Shown here piece after piece: positions 42,344 to 50,941 of a stretch of 64,000 nt of DNA (within the stretch, counting starts at the first letter, position 1; each line of letters opens with the position of its first letter). The notes below the pieces were generated by a model. That model worked only from the letters and a program-made list of their open reading frames with translations, did no database searches and was not told where the DNA came from. This DNA comes from an uncultured delta proteobacterium (GTDB lineage Bacteria > Desulfobacterota > RBG-13-43-22). A program made the translations under genes and the position numbers. The stretch covers positions 67,024 to 131,023 of the forward strand of contig CAWDKY010000033.1 in assembly GCA_963802945.1 (NCBI GenBank). Reading direction: 5' to 3'.

Positions 42344-42472
42344 CTACTGCCCTCACCCAACAAATAATTTTCCCGGCTGAAATGTGTCCGACTCCGGTTT
42401 TGCTTTCTCCAAGAAAGCTCAAAGCTGGAAGTTAAACACTTTTATTTGATCTTTCAGCAGTCAGCCAACGTA

Positions 42473-43538
42473 TTAGGTTGTTATCTTCCTCTTAATGGAA
42501 TCCCAAAATCTATGCGGTTTAGTTTGGCGATAAAAAGTTTCATACTGCTGCAGTCCTTCCAGGACATGCTCGCTGATCCGGTTTTGTACCGCCTGCCCGG
42601 CCACCCGAATAGCATTCATAATAGCCTTCTCATTGGAAGCCCCATGGCTGACCACGACCACTCCGTTGACGCCTAACAGCGGCACCCCTCCGTATTCGGC
42701 ATAATCCACCCTTTTGGAAAAACGCTTAAAGGCTGACCTCATAAATAAATACCCTATCTTGGAACCCGCACCGGAAAGAATTTCTTCCTTCAGCATAACC
42801 TTTACGGTTTCAGCTAGACCTTCACTCAACTTCAGGCAGATATTGCCGACAAACCCGTCACAGACGATAACATCCACCTTGCCGCTGAAGATATCCCCTC
42901 CTTCGACATTACCGATGAAATTCAATGGGGTCTTTCTTAGGATTTCCGCTGTTTGATGCACCAGTTCATTGCCTTTAGACTCTTCCTCACCGATGCTCAG
43001 AATCCCAACTTTTGGATGGGATCGTTTCATGATATATCTGGCCAGAGGTTCGGCCATAATGGCAAATTGGACCAGTTGACTCGCCGTGCACTCCACGTTG
43101 GCGCCCACATCGATTAATAGAGTCGAGGAATAATGGGAAGGAATAACGGCCCCCAGGGCCGGTCGTTCCACACCGGGCAATTTTCCCAGGATGACCACCC
43201 CTAAGGCCATGGTCGCCCCTGAATTCCCGGCGCTAACCACACCCTGAGCCTGTCCTTTCTTGACCAATTCCAGGGCCACCCGGATGGAGGCGTCCTTTTT
43301 TCTCCGGATGACATCAATAGGGGGTTCCCCCATTCCGGCCACCTCAGTACAGTGATGAACGGAAATCAAATCCCGGATTAAAGGACAGCCCGGCCAGTTC
43401 TCTGGAAATGAGATCCTGGTTTCCTACCAGGATCAAGGGCATCTCTAAGTCCTTAGTGGCCAGAACCGCCCCTTTGACCACGGCAGCAGGCGCCCGGTCT
43501 CCACCCATGGCATCGACGGCTATCTTAATGGCTTTCAT
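42473..43538 (-). CDS. plsX: Phosphate acyltransferase PlsX (frameshift near 43365)
   Basis: IAVDAMGGDRAP; SAGNSGA, ERPAL, DVGAN, GEEESKG, DGFVGN. Confidence 0.95.
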
Positions 43539-43592
43539 TTAAGAATTTATCCCTAACTTTCCTAAATCTCGAAATCAATCGCTTCCGAAGGA

Positions 43593-43698
43593 GCGATGCT
43601 GGATCAAACTGCCGATCCTGGATACTGGATGCTTAAATGACTTTATCCAGAATCGAGTATCGCTTTTTGTTTTTATCCAGTATCAAGTATCCAGTATC
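43593..43698. repeat. GATACTG-heptamer modular element, copy 5
   Basis: GCGATGCTGGATCAAACTGCCGAT...GACTTTATCCAGAATCGAGTATCGCTTTTTGTTTTTATCCAGTATC. Confidence 0.9.
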
Positions 43699-43772
43699 TA
43701 TTAAAAGAATTTAATCAACCCCACATTAAATAGGGGATCGGGTCTCAAGAATAAAAAATCCAATAGCTTGAG

Positions 43773-43961
43773 TTAGGATTTTTCTTCCTCAAGAATAGTC
43801 ACCTGCCGCCCCCGATAGGTCCCGCAGGAGGGACAGGCAAAATGGGGCAGTTTAGGTTCATGACATTTGGGACAACGGGAGACCGATGGGGCTGTCAGGG
43901 CGTCGTGAGCCCTTCGCTTTCCCCCACGCGCTCTGGAGTGTCTTCTCTTAGGTAAAGGCAT
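43773..43961 (-). CDS. rpmF: 50S ribosomal protein L32
   Basis: MPLPKRRHS, CPKC, PHFACPSCGTY. Confidence 0.97.
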   Translation of the reverse strand: MPLPKRRHSRARGGKRRAHDALTAPSVSRCPKCHEPKLPHFACPSCGTYRGRQVTILEEEKS

Positions 43962-43985
43962 TGGTTTTTCCTCCAAAAGGATTAT

Positions 43986-44139
43986 CAGGTTGCCGAAAAA
44001 GGCCCATCTACTGCGTTCCTATCATCCCTCGTCATTGCGACGTACTTCTATATACGCCTCATTCCTCGGGATTTCTGGCGCCTTGTATCTGAACCTTTTT
44101 GAGCAACCTGTAAAATAAAGTTTTTAGTCATACTGTTAA
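43986..44139. mobile_element. MITE-like element, family M copy 2
   Basis: CAGGTTGCCGAAAAAGG ... CCTTTTTGAGCAACCTG ... CTGTTAA. Confidence 0.85.
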
Positions 44140-44161
44140 TAATTACTATACACACTTTTTT

Positions 44162-44713
44162 CTATTTGAATTTTTTATCGAATTTAAAATTTTTTAAGAC
44201 TGAAAAAGGCCTGCCCTCTTCTTTGAATTTGCATTGGCATGGGTTTATATTCCTGTTCTCCCCGCAAATCGGGCAGAGGCCAAGACAAGACTCCCGGCAT
44301 AAGGGTTGTATGGGAATAGTCAGGATAACCTCTTCCAAAATCCTTTCCGAAAGATCCAGAACCCCCTCTTTGATCAAGCCGGTTTCCAGGTCTTCGATTT
44401 GGAAGGCATTGTCTTTCTCTGAAGATTTGGATGGGGAGGCAATCAGACGCCATTCCGATCCAACCGGCACTTCCAGAGTTTTCAGATAGGGCTCCAGACA
44501 TCGACTGCATTGAAGCTGGAGTTTTCCCTTGACCTTCCCTCGAAATAGAATACCTTGCCCAGTCTTGGTCAGTTCCCCCTGGACTTCCAATGGGCCGTAG
44601 GGAACAAATCCAAGGGGCCTTTCTTTCGAGATCTCCTTTAGCCAGGTATGTTCCAAAAGGAAATCAATGGAAAGCCCGTCGGCCGGGATGGTATCTACTT
44701 TAATGGGTTTCAT
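44162..44713 (-). CDS. yceD: DUF177 / YceD-family protein
   Basis: CSRCL, PLCRESCLGLCPICG; lies before rpmF. Confidence 0.93.
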   Translation of the reverse strand: MKPIKVDTIPADGLSIDFLLEHTWLKEISKERPLGFVPYGPLEVQGELTKTGQGILFRGKVKGKLQLQCSRCLEPYLKTLEVPVGSEWRLIASPSKSSEKDNAFQIEDLETGLIKEGVLDLSERILEEVILTIPIQPLCRESCLGLCPICGENRNINPCQCKFKEEGRPFSVLKNFKFDKKFK

Positions 44714-44758
44714 TTCTTTAAGGTAAGGGTTTCTTACCATTAGCAAAATAAACTGTTT

Positions 44759-44786
44759 ACTATAGTAAAAGTTTTCTTTTTGTCAA
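44759..44786 (-). promoter_or_regulatory. Sigma70 promoter of the yceD-rpmF-plsX operon
   Basis: TTGACA-16 nt-TATAGT. Confidence 0.6.
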
Positions 44787-45030
44787 GAAAATTCGCCTTT
44801 AGGCGGTGTCCTAATTTGATTAGTTAGCCTATAAATCTCTATTCCTCCTAAGATCGTTCAAAAATTGAATGATCTTTAATTAAACTATTCCACATTGGAA
44901 GCGAGTCAGAAATTGACTCGGCTGGTACGGATTTCCTCTTGACAAACAGAATAATTGATATAAACTTTAGAATAACTTGTTAACCATGGAAACCTTAACT
45001 TACTTTTCTATTTAAAGAAAGGATTTAGCC

Positions 45031-45271
45031 ATGGCCCTCGAAAAAGAATTAGAAACCTATAAAAATAAATTGCCAGAATTAAAAAAAGATGAAGGAAAAT
45101 TTGTTCTCATTCACGGTGATGAGGTTGTTGATACTTTCACCAGTTATGATGATGCTATCAAAGAAGGATAAGAGGTTTAAATTAGAACCTTTTTTGGTGA
45201 AACAGATTCATAGTATTGAGCAAATACAATTTATCTCAAGGTCAATAAAGCCTTGTAGGATAGCCGCTTAA
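45031..45271 (+). pseudogene. Small conserved protein (DUF5678-like), frameshifted near 45170
   Basis: MALEKELETYKNKLPEL...EGKFVLIHGDEVVDTF...DAIKEG then KRFKLEPFLVKQI in another frame. Confidence 0.65.
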
Positions 45272-45285
45272 GGGGAGTTAAGAAT

Positions 45286-45732
45286 ATTCCCCATTTTACT
45301 ATACAGCTTTCTCCGGGTGGGGCATTATTAACTGCGGGGATTGGTGTAAGTGCTGCTCGCCGAACGGCACTTAAAGATGCAGGAGAAGAAGTTCCTAAGT
45401 TCTTCACGGCACAAGCAATAATAGATACTGGAGCAAGTATCACCTGTATTGATCCGTCTGTTGTTCAGGCTTTAAAATTGACTCCAACAGGAAATACTAC
45501 CGTTGTAACTCCTTCCACCGGTAAGCAACCTGTCAATGCCTATCAATATGATATTTGTTTTATAGCGGTTGCTGCTAAGGATCAATCACCCTTTTTAATC
45601 CCTAATCTCCCTGTGGTTTGTATGGAATTACTCGAATCTCAAGGCATTGATGCTCTTGTTGGTCGTGATATTTTGACCCAATGCCTATTTTCATATAATG
45701 GTAGTCAAGGACAATTTACCCTTGCTTATTGA
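45286..45732 (+). CDS. Retropepsin-like (clan AA) aspartic protease, ATT or mutated start
   Basis: Open frame from ATT 45286 after GGGGAG; AIIDTGASITCI and ALVGRDIL motifs. Confidence 0.75.
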   Translation: MPHFTIQLSPGGALLTAGIGVSAARRTALKDAGEEVPKFFTAQAIIDTGASITCIDPSVVQALKLTPTGNTTVVTPSTGKQPVNAYQYDICFIAVAAKDQSPFLIPNLPVVCMELLESQGIDALVGRDILTQCLFSYNGSQGQFTLAY

Positions 45733-46027
45733 AATCTCTAATAATTGCCGCCCTTACCGCCTTTTCAGGTAAATCCACCTTTCCCTGGTGAAGTACCGCA
45801 TAGAATTTTCTTTTTTTTGACCCTTCAATGTTGTGAGACCAAGCATAAGCTCGTTTTGCCGTAGGATGGCCCTTAATATCAAAAACCTCTACGATCCCTT
45901 CCCATACGGTTTCTCCTTTGTAATCTTCTTTAATAGGAATAGATTCAACCCACTTAGACTTACAGCCGTGAAGGTCGAGAATAGCCTTTTCTAAAGATCT
46001 TAGATTTAATTTTGATGATCGTTTCAT
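45716..46027 (-). CDS. Hypothetical protein
   Basis: 103-aa intact ORF with protein-like composition. Confidence 0.7.
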   Translation of the reverse strand: MKRSSKLNLRSLEKAILDLHGCKSKWVESIPIKEDYKGETVWEGIVEVFDIKGHPTAKRAYAWSHNIEGSKKRKFYAVLHQGKVDLPEKAVRAAIIRDFNKQG

Positions 46028-46045
46028 AAATCAAATTATAACAGA

Positions 46046-46303
46046 TTACATTAGTCGTTCAAGTTTATTCCAGTCCCACTGTCCATTTTTATATAAATCT
46101 TCCATATTTGCCGCTAATTTGGGATCGTATTTAAAAACATCTTCCCTTGGAAATCCAATAGGTTGAAGCGCATCTTTTCCATCTAATAATAATTTTAAAT
46201 GAATATCGTCGGTAATATAAACACCTTTTTCGTCCTCATCCCATATACGCCTAATTAAAGGTAACTCACCGTAACTTCTTACAATAACAAAATCACCACG
46301 CAT
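46046..46303 (-). CDS. Hypothetical protein
   Basis: 85-aa ORF with AGGAGG RBS and an upstream TTGACA. Confidence 0.7.
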   Translation of the reverse strand: MRGDFVIVRSYGELPLIRRIWDEDEKGVYITDDIHLKLLLDGKDALQPIGFPREDVFKYDPKLAANMEDLYKNGQWDWNKLERLM

Positions 46304-46467
46304 AAGAAAAGCCTCCTTTTATAAAAAAGATAGGCTAATTTTATACAGACAAAAAAGCATTGTCAAAAATCGTCTAATAAAAAATAATTTTGGCATGACG
46401 ATTTTACTTGACATTTAATTTGGCATTGCTATAATTAAGGCAAATAAATTTAATGGAGGTTCTGAAT

Positions 46468-47095
46468 ATGGAAGAAAAAGAAGAAATAAAAAAGGCGCTT
46501 CCACCATATTTGCCTTATAAAACCTTACGACATTTTATAGACAGCATGAAAGTTGGAATGCCAAATAGGATTGATCGTAGTTTGATGAGGTCAATTGGTG
46601 GGTCTTTACAATCATTACTTATTGCCGCATTAGAATATTTACGATTAATTTCTCCCAAAAACGGAATACCAGAAGAAAAGCTAAATCAACTGGTTAAGGC
46701 AGAAGGCATTGATCGACAAAAAATTTTAAAGGAAATAATTGTGTCGAGCTATACATTTCTGTTTGTGGATGGCTTTGATCTTCAAGGAGCTACATTACGT
46801 GAATTACAAGAACGTTTCGGCCAAGACTGGCGCAAGTGGGGATACTTTGCGAAAATGTATAGCGTTTTTTCTAAACGCCGCAAAAGATGCCGGAATGAAA
46901 ATATCTCCCCACTTAAAAGAAAACCGGGGGCCCACTAGTCGGAACCAAAGGAAAGAAAAAGCTACCTCCAGAGACAAGAACAAATTCCTAATATTCCCAA
47001 TTATCCAGAAAAAAAGTTGACTCCCCCATTGCAGACGCAGGGGGAGAATAATGTTAGATAAAATCTTATTGGATAAGCTTTTAGAAAAGTATCCC
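46468..47095 (+). pseudogene. DUF5343-like protein, frameshifted and truncated
   Basis: PPYLPYKTL...P.RIDRS...ALEYL.LI; continues in shifted frames (CIAFFLNAAKDAG, LLEKYP); GGAGG RBS and TTGACA-16-TATAAT promoter. Confidence 0.6.
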
Positions 47096-47099
47096 TTTA

Positions 47100-47860
47100 G
47101 GGGTCTTGTGGAGGGTGCTTCTCTAGTTTGGAACGGCTTACAGAGGTTCATCGAGATACCTTATGCGCTTACTCGTTCGGGTTGGAGATTCTTGTGAAAA
47201 GATTATGGATCAACCTGAGGGGCTTAACCTGTAGAATATCGAGGTGGACGAGATATGGAGTTGTGGGCAAAAAACAACGGCATGTCGGATTGAATGATGA
47301 TCCTGCTAAGGTCGGGGATTTTTATACCTTTGTGGCCCTTGATTCAGATACTAAATTGATCCCTGCTATCATGTCGGAAAACGTGATCTTCTAAACGCCC
47401 AAGTTTTTATGGATGATTTAGCCGCTCGTCTTACTAATCGGGTTCAGTTAAGTTCAGATAAGCTAAAGGCGTATATCGAAGCGGTGGAATCGAGTTTTGG
47501 TGCAGATATTGATTATGGGCAGATCGTAAAATCCTATGAAGCTGAACCAAAAGGCCCAGGTAGATACAGTCCGCCAAGAGTTGTTTCCGCCCTAAAAAGT
47601 ATATCGTTGGAAATCCTGAATGGAGCAAAATTTGTACGTCTTATATAGAAAACTCAAACCTTATTATGCGTATGCAGTTACGCCGTTTTACCCGATTAAC
47701 AAACGCCTTTAGTAAGAAGCTGGAGAATCTTAAGGCCGCCGTTTCCCTTTATTTCGCCCACTATAACCTTGTGAGAGTGCATGGTACGATAAGGGTTACT
47801 CCTGCTATGGAGGCGGGACTACGGATCATATATGGTCAGTTCGTGACCTCATGGAATCAT
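47100..47860 (+). pseudogene. IS1-family DDE transposase, multiple frameshifts, N-terminus deleted
   Basis: LVEGAS, VHRDT, VDEIW, TFVALDSDTKL, QLSSD, RRFTRLTNAFSKK, HYNLVRVH, TPAMEAG. Confidence 0.85.
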
Positions 47861-47911
47861 ATTAAAGTTTTTGGGGGGCTAATTAAACCACAAGAAGGGA
47901 GAATAAAAATC

Positions 47912-48088
47912 ATGAAAGTAAAAGCACCAATAATAAAACCAGGCGAGAAAGCTCCAATGTCGGGAATTTACAAAGACATTCACAGCACCCAAAGGACAAC
48001 ATTAGACAATAAGGAGATTGCTCCTCCTACTCCAGAAAAAGGAGGAAAATGGAAACTTGAGATACCTACCAATCCTAAGAAAAGATAA
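47912..48088 (+). CDS. YjzC-like small protein
   Basis: KPGEKAPMSGIY...PPTPEKGGKW; GGGAG RBS. Confidence 0.75.
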   Translation: MKVKAPIIKPGEKAPMSGIYKDIHSTQRTTLDNKEIAPPTPEKGGKWKLEIPTNPKKR

Positions 48089-48105
48089 ACCATAATTATT
48101 AAAAC

Positions 48106-48393
48106 TTAGCCCCCATCATCAACCATTTTATTCATAAGGAATGACCAAACAACACCAGATGAGACCCAGGTAAGGGCTTGGGCTTCATCTGGTCTTAATA
48201 GTAATAAGGTAGGTTCAACGCCATTTTTTTCTAATTTAAGATAGATAACATCAACTTTTGGCTTATTCTTTCCTTTAACAAAACCGGCAGATATAACACA
48301 GTTATTTTCACCATATTCTTGACGAATAACTTCTGTGAAGGTTAACCCGTTTTCTTTCCAGGCGTGTCCCGTGTTTATGATTTTATTTTTCAT
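48106..48393 (-). CDS. Hypothetical protein starting just inside the right TIR
   Basis: 95-aa ORF; possibly a fragment. Confidence 0.5.
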   Translation of the reverse strand: MKNKIINTGHAWKENGLTFTEVIRQEYGENNCVISAGFVKGKNKPKVDVIYLKLEKNGVEPTLLLLRPDEAQALTWVSSGVVWSFLMNKMVDDGG

Positions 48394-48458
48394 AGCAAAT
48401 TAGGACACCGCCCGCCTTTAGGTTGCCTTTGTCAAGGAATTATGATAGATACCCGGCC

Positions 48459-49861
48459 ATGGTCAAAATACGAACCCGCTTTCCCCCAGCCCGACAGGAT
48501 ATCTGCATATCGGCGGGGCCAGAACCGCCCTTTTCAATTGGCTTTTTGCCCGGCAGCAAGGCGGTGTCTTTGTGCTGCGCATAGAAGATACCGATCAGGT
48601 GCGCTCTACAGATGATGCTACCAAGGCCATTTTGGAAAGCCTGGAATGGCTGGGACTCGATTGGGATGAAGGTCCTTTTTTTCAGTCTCAACGTAATGAA
48701 ATCTATCGGCAATTTATTTCGGACCTTTTGTCCCAGGGAAAGGCCTACTATTGTCATTGTTCGCCGGAACTTCTGGAAAAGAAAAGGGAAACAGCCCGGG
48801 CCGAAGGCCGGAAACCCAAATACGACGGGACCTGCCGGGAAAAAAGTTTGGGGCCTGGACCCAAGGCCGTTGTCCGCCTGAAGAATCCTCAAACCGGGAC
48901 GACCGGTTTTGATGATTTGATCCGGGGTCCGATTGTCTTTCCCAATGAGGAACTGGACGATCTCATCCTGGCCCGCAGTGACGGCTCCCCCACTTACCAT
49001 CTGGCCGTGGTCGTGGATGATATCACCATGGAAATCACCCACATCATTCGGGGAGACGATCATATCAACAACACCCCCCGTCAAATCCAGATCTATCAGG
49101 CCCTGGGACGGCCACTGCCCTTTTTTGCCCATGTCCCCATGATCCTGGGCACGGACAAGACACGGCTCAGCAAACGGCATGGTGCCACATCGGTCATGGA
49201 CTATCAAGAAATGGGCTACCTGCCCCAGGCCTTGGTCAATTATCTGGTTCGCCTGGGCTGGGCCCATGGGGATGAGGAGATATTCAGCCGAGAAGAGATG
49301 ATCCAAAAATTTTCTCTTGACCAGGTAGGAAAATCAGCCGGGGTCTTCAACCAGGAAAAATTGCTCTGGCTCAACAGCCATTATATCAAGACGTCCGCCG
49401 ATCAGGAACTGGCCCACCTGCTGGTCCCTTTTCTCCAAAAAAAAGGATTTCCTAACCCGGATTTGGACTATGTGGCCAAATGCACGGCCACCCTAAAAAT
49501 GCGGTCCAAGACCCTGAAGGAAATGGCTGACGCTGCCGAATTTTATTTTCAGGAGGAAGTGAGCTATCAGACCGAGGCAGTAAAAAAATTCTTTTCCCCT
49601 CAGGTCGTTCCCTTATTGGAAGCTTTATCAGGACCCCTTTCAAGCCTTTCTACCTGGGACCACAGCACCCTGGAGACAACCTTCGGAGAGTTGATAATTC
49701 AAACCGGCTCAACCATGAAACAAATAGCTCAGCCCCTGCGATTGGCCCTAACCGGCAAGACGGCCAGCCCCGGTCTTTTTGAGGTTATGGAGGCCATGGG
49801 CAAAGAAAGAACTCTGAAGCGTTTGAATCTAGCCTTGAATTATATAAAAACCCAATTATGA
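48459..49861 (+). CDS. gltX: Glutamate--tRNA ligase (frameshift in C run near 48485)
   Basis: RTRF(P)[31 protein letters not shown]. Confidence 0.96.
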
Positions 49862-49881
49862 ATTAATAAAATTCAGTTTGA

Positions 49882-49925
49882 GTCATTCCGGTCCGCATCA
49901 AGTGCGGGATACAGCCGGAATCCAG
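49882..49925. repeat. REP-like half element with nested hairpin
   Basis: GTCATTCCGG[TCCGCATCAAGTGCGGGAT]ACAGCCGGAATCCAG. Confidence 0.7.
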
Positions 49926-50075
49926 TTTTTCGAGGGTAAAGATTATTTGGGGTCATCATAAATATTATTCATAAAACATCTTGATTTTTTTTGAGTCCTA
50001 TTTTATCGTTACTTATCTTTAAAACATTCGTTGCGGAATTCAGTTAAAGCGCCTGAAGTAAAAAAAATAATTAAA

Positions 50076-50172
50076 GGATTCAAGGAGCCAAGGGGTCAAA
50101 GACCGCAGAGCGGAGTGAAAGGCATGGAAGTAAAACCACTCGAACCCTTGAATCCTGGAATCCTCGAATCCT
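50076..50172 (+). repeat. Gene-less octamer hairpin element closest to the four-helix-bundle element
   Basis: Left arm ...GGTCAAAGACCGCAGAGCGGAGTGAAA; core GGCATGGAAGTAAAACC; right arm ACTCGAACCCTTGAATCCTGGAATCCTCGAATCCT. Confidence 0.9.
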
Positions 50173-50187
50173 ACTCTCTTTAACAAC

Positions 50188-50261
50188 TGGGGGATCGTCT
50201 AACGGCAAGACTGTAGACTCTGGATCTACCTATCGGGGTTCGAATCCCTGTCCCCCAGCCA
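50188..50261 (+). tRNA. tRNA-Gln(CTG)
   Basis: TGGGGGATCGTCTAACGG...CTCTGGA...GGTTCGAATCC...CCCCCAGCCA. Confidence 0.95.
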
Positions 50262-50275
50262 TTTTTTTGTTCAAA

Positions 50276-50375
50276 AATATGAATATTGAATTTTGAACAT
50301 CGAATTCCGAATTATGAAGTTATTGGATTCTAATTTACTTCGACATTCATTATTCGTTATTCGATATTCATTATT
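50276..50375. repeat. Inverted heptamer arrays (GAATATC / GATATTC type)
   Basis: GAATATTGAATTTTGAACATCGAATTCCGAATTATGAAGT ... ACTTCGACATTCATTATTCGTTATTCGATATTC. Confidence 0.85.
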
Positions 50376-50513
50376 TTAATATTTCTGTTTCTTGGCCTCT
50401 CCCAGGGGCCTGAAAGTTTAATAGCTTTTTAAGGCTGACTGGAAGCGGAGAATTTAGACGTTTTTATTGGATTCTGACGCCTGACCGCTGAGTCCTGACT
50501 TCTCTCTTTTCAT

Positions 50514-50589
50514 GGTCCCATCGTCTAGTGGCCTAGGACACCGGCCTCTCACGCCGGTAACACGGGTTCGAACCCCGTTGGGACCACCA
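50514..50589 (+). tRNA. tRNA-Glu(CTC)
   Basis: GGTCCCATCGTCTAGTGG...CTCTCAC...GGTTCGAAC...GGGACCACCA. Confidence 0.96.
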
Positions 50590-50668
50590 AAAGACCGCAA
50601 AAACTTTCTTACAAGAATCACTGGATATAATTGGATTGAAAAATTTGAAGTTCCCTGCAGAAATTTTT

Positions 50669-50821
50669 AGGGTCTTGAAATATAAGTTTCATGAGTAGGA
50701 TACTCCCATCTAAACATATTTATAAAAAGATTTTTATTTATTGGGATATTTATTGTACTACCATAAAATGGTGATAAAAGAGGCAGGGTAATGAAAAAGT
50801 AATATTTCAAGCTCTGGCCCT
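50669..50821 (+). repeat. About 150-bp AT-rich element with short inverted ends, copy 1
   Basis: GGTCTTGAAATAT ... ATATTTCAAG; interior homologous to 52219-52370 and 54882-54963. Confidence 0.7.
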
Positions 50822-50941
50822 ATTTTCGTTTGCTGTATCAGCAATGGATGACGGTTGATCATAGTTAACTATTTTTTAAAGAAAACTATGCAAGGCGTGT
50901 TTAGATAGAAAACGAGGCCTAGCATTGTGGGAAAGTCGCCT

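Larger units (their letters stand above)
44802..48412. mobile_element. IS1-family element with passenger genes (3611 bp)
   Basis: Perfect 17-bp TIR GGCGGTGTCCTAATTTG at 44802-44818 and 48396-48412; perfect 8-bp target duplication CGCCTTTA at 44794-44801 and 48413-48420; AT-rich interior. Confidence 0.93.

Noticed and set aside
12302-43698. CRISPR interpretation of the GATACTG repeat-spacer modules
   Set aside because: Units are 7 nt, spacers 7-12 nt and reused, arrays are inverted and dispersed, and there are no cas genes.
48440-49306. 288-aa minus-strand ORF and similar long antisense ORFs over cysS, dnaG and acd
   Set aside because: Codon-bias shadows of well-supported genes on the other strand.
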